A DNA stretch of 64,000 nt from Eledone cirrhosa (Eukaryota), in the NCBI GenBank assembly GCA_964016885.1, contig OZ024743.1, positions 169,880,001-169,944,000 of the forward strand. The letters are read 5' to 3'. Of this stretch, positions 27,604 to 41,470 are shown piece after piece. The notes beneath the pieces are model-generated. The model was not told the DNA's origin, made no database searches, and was given only the letters and a program-made list of their open reading frames with translations. Positions within the stretch are counted from its first letter, which is position 1. Each line of letters starts with the position of its first letter. The position numbers and the translations under genes were made by a program.

Positions 27604-28119
27604 TTAAACCATATTTAATGCTGGTCTATATTTTTGAATAAACATATTTTCCTTATTTATTCGTATTTGTTCTGTTGTATTGTTAGCGCAAGGGTAAAAT
27701 AGGAAGACTTGGAATTTGGGTGTCTTATTACTTGCGCAAATGTCTAGATGTGCGCTTAGTGGTATCTGTCTCGTGGTTGGATCTCGTAATTGTTGGCGAT
27801 TAACTGTCATTCTGTTTCTGAGTGTGAGTTTAGTTTGTCCTATATAATCTTCATTGCATCCTTTACATTTAATGGCATAAAGCAAATTTTTTGATGAGCA
27901 AGTGAAGTGATTTTTTACAGTAAAATTTTGTCCTGATTTAAATGTATACGTGTTGCCTTCAATGAGGTGAGTGCAGGTTCCACAATTAGAGCGACCACAT
28001 TTTTTGATACTTGGTTGTGGGTTTGTGGTAGGTAATTTGGCATTGGTGAGTAATGTTTTCAGTGATTTCGGTTGTCTTTTGCTTTTGATTATTTTGTGTG
28101 TTTCAAGGGCTTTTTTCAT
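27604..28119 (-). pseudogene. PLE GIY-YIG endonuclease domain (Neptune type)
   Basis: CGRSNCGTC, FTCSSKNLLYAIKCKGCNEDYIGQTKLTLRNRM, R..KE..FI.KY.P.LN. Confidence 0.85.
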
Positions 28120-30248
28120 TCTTGGGTTTTGTTTTAGTAGTGGGGTGTTCTTGTGAATAGTGTTGTAAGCTTCCGCATTTCTTGGGTTGTGTGTTGAGAT
28201 ATATGATAGAATATTGGACGGACCTTGAATTTGTTTCTGTTTTCGTAGTTCATCAATGCCTATTGCTTTAGCCCTTTCTATTCCATTATTTATTAGTAAT
28301 AGTGGGTACTCTCTCTCGAGTAGAATTTCCTTTAATTCTTGAAGTCATTTATTTAGCGTTTCATAATTGGAGACAATTGTGCAAATTCTTCTTGCTAGGT
28401 TAAAAGGAATGTTCGTCTTTGTGTGCTTTGGATGGTTGGAGGTGAATAGCAGGTATTGTTTGGAATCTGTTGGTTTGTAGTGTATATCAGTTTCGATATT
28501 TGTGTCTTTTTTAAGATTAAGATGTCCAGAAATGGGAGTTGATCTTGGCTGTATTCCATTGTGAATTGAATGTGGTTATTGATGCCGTTTATTAAGATTT
28601 TGAAATCCTTCAGTTGGTCGAGTGTGTGGGACCAAAGAATGAGACAATCATCCAAGTAGCGTTTCCAATTCTCTGATAAATATTTGTGGAAGTTCAATCC
28701 GTATTTTGATTTGGACTGTTCATATATCTGGACTTCTAAGTATGCCATGACTAAGTTGGCATAAGTTGGAGCGGCTTTTGTAACCATCGCAGTCCCCGAT
28801 ATTTGCTTGTAAGTATTGCCATCGAAATCAAAAAAGTTGTTTTGTAAGATGAATTTTAATCCCTCGGTGATGAAGCTTTTTTCTATTCTGTCAGGTATCT
28901 CATTGGGATATTTCTCTAGCCAGAATCCTATTGCTTCTAGTCCGTATTGGTGTGGGATCGTTGTGTAGAGATTCACTACATCGAAAGACACAATAATAGT
29001 GTCATTGTTGACATGTTTGGGGAGGTGGTTTAAGAGGTCCAGATCGTCTCTTACAAGGCTTGGTATGTGTTTGAGAATTGTTTTCAGTAGTATGTCTATA
29101 AAGTTGCTCAGTCTGTGTGTTTCACATTGTGGGCCCGCTACAATTGGTCTTAATTTAAGGTCTGTGGGGGTATTGTGTGTTCACGCAGGCTGAGGTGGAT
29201 TGTTTACAGGCATCGTTAATTATTTTACACTTGTGGATATTCGGAAGTCCGTAAAGGTTGCTGGTTTTGTATTCAAAATTTGTTAAATAATCGCGTTCCT
29301 TTTTAGTTAGGTGTTCCTGGTATCGATAAATCAGTGTGTTTAATCTGGTCATTGTTTTTGATTGCTGGTAGTTTTTTGCTCTTTCATAGTAATTAGTATT
29401 TTGTAAGAGAGAGAACATAGAATTTTTATATTGTTCAGCCTCCATAATGACAACAGTACTTCCCTTGTCCGCTTCCTTAATCATAATGTCCGTATTGTTT
29501 TTTAGTTCATGGATAATCTCCCATTCCCTTCGACTCGTGTTGGCTTTGGGTTTAGGTTGCGGTAGTTCATGGTATGGGAAGGTAGCTATGTGGTCACACA
29601 ATTTGTCCAGAACTCTGTTTCTACCTTTTGTTGGGTTGTAGCTGCTTTTATTCCGATTCGTCGTTATTCTCCTTGTCAAAGAATTCCTCTGTGAGACGTA
29701 ATTTTCTACAGAAGTGTGAGATATCGTCATTTATCTCATTGGGGTTAGAGTATTGTGGTGTTGGTGTGAATTTCAGTCCTTTGGAGAGAATTTTTACTTG
29801 TTGGGCTGAGAGGTTTGTATTTGAAAGGTTGATTATTTTCGGTTTTTCAAAATCCGTTTGTGCCACCGGGTGTGGTGGGTCCTGTAGCCTTGGTCTAAAA
29901 AATGATTTTTCTGGAATGTTTTTTCAATGGTATTATTATATCTAATGGTATTTCCCCTGTTGTTGTGTGGTCTTGTATAGAAGTTTCGGACGTATTGAGG
30001 TTCGGTTTGTTGATAGTCCGGGTTGTAGATTTTGTTCCTTTGTGTGGGTTGGGATCTACGGTTTTGGAACAGGCTCTGTGTGGGCAGGGGTCTACGGTTT
30101 TGGAATAGGTTTTGTGTGGGTTGTGATCTGCGGATCGGGTCCTGCCTTGTGTTCGGGGATCTTCGGTTTTTGTTAGTAGGGTTATAATTTTGTCTATGGT
30201 TTCTGGGATTATCGTTATAGTTTTGCTGGGGGTATGTTGGACGTTTTG

Positions 30249-31026
30249 TTACTTTTTTGTTATTTGTTGTGCATGTGGTGTGTGAGTTTTAGTTTGTTTT
30301 AAAAATGGGTTACCTGTATGTTGTTCATTTTTGAAGTCCATTTCGTAGTTGTTGAACCAGGTGGCGTTTTTTCCCCATCGCTGGAGGGATGTTAGTTCTT
30401 CATCCTCACAGTTTTCTTTCCAAAGTTTTAGGGTTTTTTTGTAGAGTAGGCCTTCAGTGTGCTTTGAGATTTCTGAGTCCATCTGTTGGTCGAGTGACTT
30501 GAATTTTTCTTCGTTGGAGTTGGCTCTTAATCGCAATTTCTGTTTTAAATTTTTCCAACGCCATCTTTTCCCTAAGATTTTGTTGGTTTTCTGGTTCATT
30601 CGGGATGGGTTTTATTTGGAGTTTTTTGGGGAGGATGATTGGGGTAGAGTTTAGCCACTTTTCATATATGTCTGCCTTGCCATTATTTTTTAGGAGATTC
30701 CAAAGGGCGAATTTGCGGGCTGTGAGCTTTTGAGTCCATATGTTGATTAGGGTGTTTTTCACTGAGTGGACATCTCGTAGATTGGGTTCTAACGGTTGTT
30801 CAAGCTTTTGGAGCATTGCTGTTTCAATGGTTTCGATTAGCTTAGTTAATACTGGAGTAATATTCGTCTCTTGGGTATTTTCTGTTTCTTCGTGGGGTCC
30901 TTTTTTATAGATGTGTATTTGGTCCACTTTGTTGGTCAAAATTGAGAGTTTAGAGGAAATCTCTTTGAGTTCATTTAACATGTCCTGGTTCAGTGAGTTG
31001 TTGTTTTGTTGAGACTTTGGTGGCAT
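30249..31026 (-). pseudogene. Neptune element N-terminal/upstream coding region (two overlapping frames), helical/coiled-coil-like
   Basis: ORFs 30454..31026 and 30249..30599 begin just inside the 5' pLTR; probably one frameshifted ORF. Confidence 0.6.
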
Positions 31027-31355
31027 TTTCGGTCTTCGTGTGGTGGGTATATATTAGAAAGTGAGGTTTCTTTTACAAAATGAAAAATAACCGAGGTGTC
31101 CTACACGAGTGAAAGTATAAAGAAAAAAAGATGAAATCAAAAATGCAACTGAAGTCTTATTTTAAAAAAAAATATATATATTTATTTGGTTCCTTTTCCG
31201 GTTTCGCAGAACCACTTTCCTACACACATATATACACACACACAAAATATATATTCTCTCCGTCTTAACATACTCGCACACACACACACAGATAACACCC
31301 ATATACATACACACACAACTCCCTCCCCCATTTCTGCTAATAGAATCATCTTCCA

Positions 31356-31392
<37 letters not shown>

Positions 31393-32231
31393 TAAACATA
31401 CATATCTTTACTTCAATAGAAAATTTGAACTCTGACACCCCAGCAAACTAACCATATTCACTGAACCAGAACAATTCTCCCATCCCATTTCTCTTGACCA
31501 CTATCTTTTGCTTGTCATAACATTCTCTAAAAAGGCTACAGAATAGATTTCCAAATAAGTGCGCGAAAATGTAATGAAAACTTGTTCACGTGACAGCCAA
31601 ATTTCATATATAACCAATCAAATTACGTTTATTAAAAAAAAGCCTTCGTGAGCCACCTTTTTTTAAGTAAAAAGAAATTCAAACACACACACACAAGCAC
31701 ACAAATAAACATACATATCTTTACTTTCTTTATTCAATAGAAAATCTGAATTCTGACACCCCAGTGAACTAACCATATTCACTGACCCAGAACAATTCTC
31801 CCATCCCATTTCTCTTGACAATTATCTTTTACTTATCATAAAATTCTCTAAAAAGGCTACAGAATGGATTTCCAAATAAGGGCGCGAAAATTTAATGAAA
31901 ATTTGTTCACGTGACAGCCATAATTTCATTTATAACCAATCAAATTACGCTTATTTAAAAAAAAAAAAAAAGCCTTCGTGAGCCCCCTTTTTCAAGTAAA
32001 AAGAAATTCAAACACTCATATATGAAAAAAAACCTGTGACAACCCCCCCCCCCCTCTTATTTGAAGAACTATTGTAACGGGAACTGGCGCGAAATTTATT
32101 ATAATTATTGACCAACCAATCAAATTACTTCCCGAAAAACCTGGCATTTCGAGCCACTTTTTCCATATAAAACAAGTAACATTCAGAGACCAACCAGATG
32201 TGAGAAAAACCAGAGACCCTCCATCTCAACT

Positions 32232-32273
32232 TTACTTTTGAAAAGCAGAAGAACTGCGAAACCGGTAAAGGAA
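32232..32273 (+). ncRNA. Minimal hammerhead with U3-A8 variant core (inverted pLTR copy)
   Basis: uuacuu UUGAAAA GCAG aagaa CUGC GAAAC cg GUA aaggaa. Confidence 0.7.
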
Positions 32274-32362
32274 CCAAATAAATATATATATATTTTTTTT
32301 AAATAAGACTCCAGTTGCATTTTCGATTTCATCTTTTTTTCTTTATGCATATATATATATAC

Positions 32363-32394
<32 letters not shown>

Positions 32395-32479
32395 GTATAT
32401 ATATACATATATACATATATATATATGTATATATATACATATATACATATATACATATATATGTATATATACATATATG

Positions 32480-32547
<68 letters not shown>

Positions 32548-32660
32548 TGTATATATGTATATATACATATATGTATATATATATACATATATGTATATAT
32601 GTATATATATATACATATATGTATATATGTATATATATATACATATATATATATAGATAC

Positions 32661-32717
<57 letters not shown>

Positions 32718-32760
32718 TATATATATAACATATATATATATATAACATATATATATATAT

Positions 32761-32914
<154 letters not shown>

Positions 32915-32939
32915 ATATATATATATATATATATATATA

Positions 32940-34076
32940 AATGAAAAGTATAGAAATTGTTGTATCGAAAAGCTAACAGTAGCTACTCCTGCGGTCCCCC
33001 TATTAAATCTTATATCATCAACAAAAAATCACCTAGAGAACATCAAAATTGCTCCCGTAGAATCAAAAGTGAATGCCCATTACAAGGTAAATGCAACACC
33101 AAAGCCATTGTATATGCGGCTAAAGTGACAATCATCAGCAACAACCAACCAGCCACCAGTGAACGATATGTGGGTATGACGCAAGACAAATTCAAAACGC
33201 GTTATTACTCACATGTCGCATCCTTTCGACATCCAGAAAAAAGATTCACAACAGCTCTGGCTAGCAGAATATGGGATTTGAAAGACCAAGGTATCCAATA
33301 TAAATTGGATTGGTCAATTTTGAACCAATCTAAAGAATATGCAAGAGGAACAAGAAAATGCACGCTCTGCATAAATGAAAAATATTGGATTTTGCAAAAT
33401 CTTAAATCACCAAAGACCTGCCTAAACACAAAGACAGAAATTTTCACCAGTTGCCCACACATGAAATCACACTTGCTTTCCAGCTCATATAAACTTAACA
33501 CACTTTCAGATACTTATCCTCCATAAGCTCTTATTCTTCACTTAAATTATTCTCTTTAAACACTACTCTTTCTGATTTACTTTCATTTTTAACCTTATTA
33601 TTAATTTTATTTTTATTTTTATTTTGACTTCATATCCACCAGTATCCCCCTCCCCCCCTTTATTCTCCGATTCACTTACCTAATATCTACACTTTCCACA
33701 TTTTACTTCCTTATTTTCTTTACTACCTGATTACACAGTTCACTTGCGTTTTCCACTCCAGATATTTTCGGTTATTTCACAGCCAGTTTTATATTTTTAT
33801 ATTTGTACTCACTTATTCATAAGGCTGTTTTTACACCCTGTATCTATGTGTCTGAGCGTCTTTATGTGTGTATACTTTCTGTATATGTACACGAACGCCT
33901 CCGCATGTGCGCGTGCGTGCGTGTATATATGTGTATGTATGTGTTTATATATCTATGTTTTTTTACATTCTTATTTTTATGTGTGCGTGTAAGCGGGTCA
34001 ATGTGCGTGAATGTATGTATATGTGTATATGTGTGTGTGTATGTACTGCATGTATGGATGTGTATGTGTGCGTATG

Positions 34077-34111
<35 letters not shown>

Positions 34112-34985
34112 GTGTATGTGTATACAGTCGCGTACGTACATGTGATTAGATATACATGGGGCGATATGTATGTATATATATATGTGCATCCTGTGTGTGT
34201 ATGTACACTTGCATACGCTTTTGTCTGCACGTATTGCGTGTATGTATATTTATTTTTTTATAGATATATGTGTATGTACGCGTGTACCTCGTTTGTTTTG
34301 TTATCTTTTCTTTTCTCTTCTCTAGTGTTATTTGACAAATTTTTTTCTTTCTAAATTATTTTTCCATTTTTATAAATATATCGAGAATGACACTTTCTTT
34401 TAACTATTACACTCCCTTACCTCTTTTTCTTCCGCATATAAGTGTACGCGCGTGTGTGTGTTTATACGCGTGTCTTTATATTCTTATAATGTATCTAATA
34501 CCCTGTTCTCTGTATACGTGTCAACCAGACACTCATATTATTTCTGTGTTTGTGGTTACCTATACACAGATATACTTGCCCTCATATATATATTTACGCA
34601 CACATTTTCACTATACACACGCATTTGTACATACATACATATGTACATCTGTGAGTGTATATACATACATATACACACACCTAACTATATTTCCTTAAAA
34701 TTTTTTTGTATATTTTATATGTCTATTGCATTACCTCTATTTATATATATATATTTTTTTTTCGCTTTTCTTGAGGAGACTTTCCAAATATTTCACTATG
34801 TTTTATATTGCCTCGTCCGACGAACGAATGAAGACGTTTCTTTCGTATTCATCTTATTCGGGAAACCTCTGGTTTATGAGGTAATTATATTGTATTGTTT
34901 TTTATACATTAAATTTTGCTCTGGTACTTACATAGAGCACTCTTCACTCCTATGACTTTTTCAATTTTCAACGGAAACTTCAATA
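32940..34985 (+). mobile_element. Naiad-type PLE 3' fragment (GIY-YIG + long 3' UTR + HHR)
   Basis: ORF 32957..33526: ECPLQGKC..AIVY...YVGMT..FKTRY.SH..SF...CTLCINEK...LNTKTE..TSCPH. Confidence 0.85.
34808..34884 (+). ncRNA. Hammerhead-like motif (U4C core)
   Basis: UUGCCUCGU CCGACGA a CGAAU...AUUCG g GAAAC cucug GUU u AUGAGGUAA; 9-bp stem I including GU pairs. Confidence 0.6.
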
Positions 34986-34987
34986 CT

Positions 34988-35165
34988 TATATATTAACTT
35001 TAATTATATCTCATAAAATAATACAACTGGTTTTTCCACATTATACATATTGTTAGCACCCAAAACACTTAAATTGGATTTATATTTTAATATAACCTAA
35101 TGTTTGTTGAGTGAGATGGTTACCAGTCAGAGATTAGCTTTAAACTATCTCTGTTATTGTATTAA
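34988..35165 (+). mobile_element. 3' tail of the HHR-bearing family also present at 62770-63600
   Basis: Reverse complement of 62770-62949 with scattered substitutions. Confidence 0.75.
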
Positions 35166-35196
<31 letters not shown>

Positions 35197-35202
35197 TATA
35201 TG

Positions 35203-35235
<33 letters not shown>

Positions 35236-35263
35236 ACATATACATATATATATATATATACAC

Positions 35264-35364
<101 letters not shown>

Positions 35365-35387
35365 CATATATACATATATATATATAT

Positions 35388-35457
<70 letters not shown>

Positions 35458-35459
35458 AT

Positions 35460-36990
35460 CATCATCATCATCATCGTTTAACGTCTATATTCCACGCTTG
35501 CATGGGTTTGGACGGGAGTTTTCCCACATTTACAGTGTGGGACTGGGAGGTTTTTACCGTGTTACCTACACGGCCACATTACAGCGTGGACTGTGTGTTT
35601 TTTTGTCGTGACACCTACACGACCTCATTTGTTTCGGCCTGGATGTTGTGGTACCAACATAACTTTACATTGAAAGGGGCGGTGTGGATGGGGTGGGGGT
35701 GGTGGGACGGGGGTGTATTTTGTTAGCGGTGCCTACTGACTGTAGTAGGTTTTACTTTGTATTTAGGTAAGGTGGGTCTTCTGTATTACTGCGTAGCGCC
35801 AAAGATCTCGGTCCAGTGACATTGTCTTGGAGAGGTGTAAGTGTGTGAGGTAGGAATTTATCAAGTCGTCCCAGATTTTTCTGGGTCTGCCTACTCCGTG
35901 GCTACCGTCTATCTTTATTGCCCTGCACTTTTTTATACAGCTGTCGTCTTTCATGCGCATCACGTGACCATACAAACGTAGCCTTCTCTCGAGTAAGCAA
36001 CATCTGATTCCTCTTATTTCTAATTTCTCCCTTAGTACGTTAATGCTTTGCGGTTCACGTATATTACTATTACACATCCAGCGGAGCATGCAAGCTTCGT
36101 TCCTCTCTAGTCTGCGTATATCCTCTGCAGACAATGCCCAGGTATCACTGCCATGCAACATTGCTGTTCGTATGCAGGCATCATACAGCCTGCCTTTCAT
36201 TTTTAGGGAGAACCCTTTAGCGGCTAATAGTGGTATAAGCTCCATGAACTTTTTCCATCCAGTTCTGACTCTAGCTACTGTACTTTCAGAGCACCCTCCC
36301 CCACTGCTGATTTTGTCACCCAGGTAACGGAAGCTGTCCACTATTTCTATAGAACCCTCTGCGCAATTGAAAGAGCTAGTATTTGTGGGCACTTGCTGCT
36401 ACTTATTGCATCAGAGCACCGGCCACATGCAAAATCTATGTTCTTAGCTTACCTGTAATCCCCCTACATCTTTTATGCAACCATACTTTGCATTTGGGAC
36501 ATAAAATGGAGTTTCTACCTACGCCTTTCCTACACACAGAGCATGGCCATTCCCCGGAAGGGACCGGCACCCTATTTTCTTTCCTACAAACTAGAACTTT
36601 AGTCTTAGCCAGGTTAATTTTAAGGCCATTTGATTCTAGGCCGTGCTTCCATGTTTGGAATTTCTTCTCTAGATCGGCCATTGATTCAGCTATGAGCGTT
36701 AGATCATCTGCGTATAGGAGTTCCCATGGGCAGCCGTTCTTGAACTCCTCTGTTATAGCCTGAAGGGCAATAATAAATAGTAGGGGGCTAAGAACGGAAC
36801 CCTGATGTACACCAACTTTTACGCTAAACTCTTCACTATATTCGTTGTTAATTCTAACCTTGCTGACTGTTTCTTTATACATGGCTTGTATAGTTCTCAC
36901 AAGCCATTCATCAACACCTAGTTTTCTAAGAGCCCATCAGATAATGGAACGGGGGACTCTATCGGATGCTTTCTCCAAGTCGACAAAAGC
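35460..36990 (-). mobile_element. 5'-truncated RTE-type LINE (RT core to tail)
   Basis: ORFs 36436..36900 (GVHQGSVLSPLLF, LLYADDL) and 35763..36392; (GAT)n tail. Confidence 0.9.
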
Positions 36991-36999
36991 TAAGTATAG

Positions 37000-37523
37000 G
37001 GGTTAAGATAGACGGTAGCCACGGAGTAGGCAGACCCAGAAAAACCTGGGACGACCTGATAAATTCCGACCTCACACACTTACACCTCTCCAAGACAATG
37101 TCACTAGACCGAGATCTTTGGCGGTACTCAGTAATAGAGAAGACCCGCCTTACCTAAATACAAAGTAAAACCTACTACAGTCAGTAGGCATCTCTAACAA
37201 GATACACCACCGTCCCACTACCCCACCCATTCCACACCGACCCTTTCAATGTAAAGTTATGTTGGTGCCACAACATCCAGGCCGAAACAAATGAGATTGT
37301 GTAGGTGTCACGACAAAAAAAAAACACACAGTCCACGCTGTAATGTGGCCGTGTAGGCAACACGGTAAAAATCTCCCAGCCCCACACTGTAAATGTGGTT
37401 GGTGTTAGGAAGGGCATCCAGCTGTAGAAAACCCACCTGACAACCACTCTTGCCTCAAGTGGGAAAACTCCCGTCCAAACCTATGCAAGCGTGGAACATG
37501 GACGTTAAACGATGATGATGATG
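37000..37523 (+). mobile_element. Inverted second copy of the same LINE 3' end
   Basis: ORF 36966..37157 repeats KIDGSHGVGRPRK.WDDLINS.LTHLHLSKTMSLDRDLWRY; mirrors 35460-35915. Confidence 0.85.
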
Positions 37524-37563
<40 letters not shown>

Positions 37564-37591
37564 TTATACACATATATATATATATATACAC

Positions 37592-37622
<31 letters not shown>

Positions 37623-37655
37623 CACATATATATATATACACATATATATATACAC

Positions 37656-37688
<33 letters not shown>

Positions 37689-37705
37689 CACATATATATA
37701 TACAC

Positions 37706-37753
<48 letters not shown>

Positions 37754-37972
37754 GCACACACATATAACTTTGAATAACTTTGAAATGTTTTGGCCAGTAT
37801 TGGCCCAGGCCATGTCTAACTTAATAGCACCACCTGGCGTATATATATATACATATATATATATATACACATATATATATATACACATATATATATACAT
37901 ATATATATATATACATATATACACATATATATATACACATATACATATATATATATATATATATATAAACAC

Positions 37973-38041
<69 letters not shown>

Positions 38042-38066
38042 TATATTTATTAAAATAACAGATTAA

Positions 38067-38117
38067 AGTTTAAGCAAAGAATCGCTGCTTTCACCCTTAA
38101 CGGGATCTTCTGAAACT
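38067..38117 (-). ncRNA. Hammerhead-like motif (U4A core) in a TA-flanked insert (38047-38575)
   Basis: AGUUU CAGAAGA uCCC guuaa GGGu GAAA GCA gcgauucuu UGC UU AAACU. Confidence 0.55.
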
Positions 38118-38577
38118 AACAAAGTCAATCTGTAAATGCAGAACTGGATATTTCAAAAAACGTTGCAACCGGAGGAAGACAGGAAGACGATACTTTGGTT
38201 CGTGGTAACGTTCGGTGGAAAAGAACGGGAAAAAACGAATTATACGTCATTAATAGGAGCGGTGAAAAACAATTACGCGCAACGACAAAACCACGTTTAT
38301 GGTATAAAAGAGGTCGTAAACTAATGTTCTCTTAGGTGGTGCATAGAGACGTTCTCTGTCAATGAACGAAAAAACGAAGATAATAAGTCATATGTGGAGC
38401 GTGGAGAACAATAGCATGCAAAGACAAAACCACGTAAATGGTATAGCAGAAATCGTAGACTAAAATTCTAACTAGGAGACCAAATGAATCTCCGCTACAG
38501 AGTTAAGAACAAAGTAAATAAATACAATACAGAAGTTTATAGAAACAAATTAATATACATATATATAAACAATATTA

Positions 38578-38608
<31 letters not shown>

Positions 38609-38609
38609 C

Positions 38610-38658
<49 letters not shown>

Positions 38659-38971
38659 CATATAAATATATATATATATACATATATATATATACATATA
38701 TATATATACATATACATATATATATATATTCATATATATATGCATATATATATATACATATATATACATATATATATGTATACATATATATATACATATA
38801 TATATATATACATATACATATATATATACATATATATATACATATATATATATACATATATATATATACACATATATATATATATACATATATTTATACA
38901 TATATATATATATACATATATATTAACACATATATATACATATATATACATACATATATATATATACATAC

Positions 38972-39002
<31 letters not shown>

Positions 39003-39047
39003 CATATATATATATATACATACATATATATATACATATATATATAC

Positions 39048-39098
<51 letters not shown>

Positions 39099-39169
39099 CA
39101 TATATATATACATACAACTATAAACACATATATATACATATATACATATACATATATATATATACATAA

Positions 39170-39228
<59 letters not shown>

Positions 39229-39243
39229 CATATATATATACAC

Positions 39244-39294
<51 letters not shown>

Positions 39295-39331
39295 CATATA
39301 TATATATACATATATATATATACATATATAT

Positions 39332-39410
<79 letters not shown>

Positions 39411-39411
39411 C

Positions 39412-39492
<81 letters not shown>

Positions 39493-39579
39493 CATACATA
39501 CATATACATATATATATATAAACATATATATATATACATACATATATATACATATATATATATACATACATATATATAC

Positions 39580-39632
<53 letters not shown>

Positions 39633-39671
39633 TATATACACACACATATATATATATATATACACATATAC

Positions 39672-39704
<33 letters not shown>

Positions 39705-39705
39705 C

Positions 39706-39736
<31 letters not shown>

Positions 39737-39739
39737 CAC

Positions 39740-39778
<39 letters not shown>

Positions 39779-39817
39779 CACATATACATATATATATATA
39801 CATATATATATATATAC

Positions 39818-39856
<39 letters not shown>

Positions 39857-39925
39857 TATATATACATATATATATATATACATACATATATATATATATA
39901 CATACATATATATATATATATATAC

Positions 39926-39971
<46 letters not shown>

Positions 39972-40322
39972 ATACATATATATATACATATACATATATA
40001 TATATACATATATATATACATATATATATATATACATATATACATATACATATATATATATACATATATATATACATATATATATATACATATATACATA
40101 TACATATATATATATACATATATATACATATATATATATGTATATATATATGCATATATATATACATATATATACATATATATATGCATATATACATATA
40201 TATACATATATATATATGTATACATATATATATACATATATATATATAAACATATATATATACATATATATATACATATATATATATAGATATATATATA
40301 TACATATATATATACACACACA

Positions 40323-40354
<32 letters not shown>

Positions 40355-40383
40355 CATATATATTAACACATATATATACATAC

Positions 40384-40442
<59 letters not shown>

Positions 40443-40480
40443 TATATACACATATATATATACATATATATATATACATC

Positions 40481-40515
<35 letters not shown>

Positions 40516-40518
40516 CAT
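38578..40518. repeat. ~1.9-kb (TA)n/(TACA) degenerate microsatellite
   Basis: Direct reading. Confidence 0.95.
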
Positions 40519-41046
40519 AGTGGCTGCCAACTCGTTTTCGAGTACGGCCACTACTTTATATCCATGTAGGAGAACCCCTACCGAAGCGCTGAACGAGTGT
40601 GACTTTTTAGTCCAGCCAGCGACTTGAAAACTCTGGTACAAACACTACACCCGTGACAATTATTGACACAGTGCTGGGCCCATGGTACCATGTGAGGACA
40701 AGTGCAGAGAGATCTCCAGATATAAGGCAATGCCTGTGCCGTGAAGCTTTTATAGTGAGCAAAGGCACTGCACAAAGCCAGTCCCACTCTCTTAACCAAG
40801 ATGATATTTACCAAAAAGAAGAACAAGTCAACATCATTGGATACCATCAGGGTTGCAGGTGTTATATCAGAGTTTTCCTTCTCCTAGAATTCTGCCTTGA
40901 CAAAGGCTAAGGGGTCATCTCTCCCGGTGATTTTGGATGGCCATTGACTCTTAAGAGCTCCTTTGCCCTTTGACAGGTTTTGTTTTTAGTCCTGCAGGAT
41001 GTCCAAAGTCACCCTCCTCACCAAGAAACCTTGGTGAGGAGGGTAC
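40519..41046 (-). mobile_element. Internally deleted RTE-like element (5' UTR joined to a C2H2-finger 3' end)
   Basis: C-terminal CSVCTRVFKSLAGLKSHTR; TAGGAGAAGGAAAACTCTG, resembling RTE 5' UTRs from memory, at ~40869-40887; terminal hairpin CCCTCCTCACCAAG-AAAC-CTTGGTGAGGAGGG. Confidence 0.55.
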
Positions 41047-41062
41047 ATATATATATACATAC

Positions 41063-41125
<63 letters not shown>

Positions 41126-41137
41126 CATCTATATACA

Positions 41138-41169
<32 letters not shown>

Positions 41170-41171
41170 CA

Positions 41172-41212
<41 letters not shown>

Positions 41213-41258
41213 ATACATATATATACATACATCTATATACATACATATATATATATAC

Positions 41259-41289
<31 letters not shown>

Positions 41290-41470
41290 CATATATATAT
41301 ATACATATATATATATACATATCTATATATATACATATATATACATATATATATACATATATATACATACATATATATTCATATATATATATATATATAT
41401 ACATATATATACATATATATATACATATATATATGTATATATACATATATATATATACACATATATATAT

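Larger units (their letters stand above)
26121..32345 (-). mobile_element. Near full-length Neptune-type Penelope-like element with direct plus inverted pLTRs
   Basis: RT pieces 29648..29866, 29155..29730 (IKEADKGS, LYGLPNIHK) and 28395..28991 (SFDVVNLYTTI, GTAM, RYLDD); GIY-YIG 27604..28119 with CGRSNCGTC linker and YAIKC..C...YIGQT; direct repeat 26121-26280 = 31051-31209; inverted copy 31210-32345 of ~26190-27310. Confidence 0.9.

Noticed and set aside
37765-37840. Possible DNA transposon terminus (TTAATAGCACCACCTGGCG|TA)
   Set aside because: Only ~75 bp, with no partner TIR or transposase in the window
38484-40569. Long YI/IY-rich ORFs (also 24455-26153, 32183-32914, 46779-47948, 53218-54815, 58663-60266)
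   Set aside because: Translations of (TA)n microsatellites that lack stop codons; not genes
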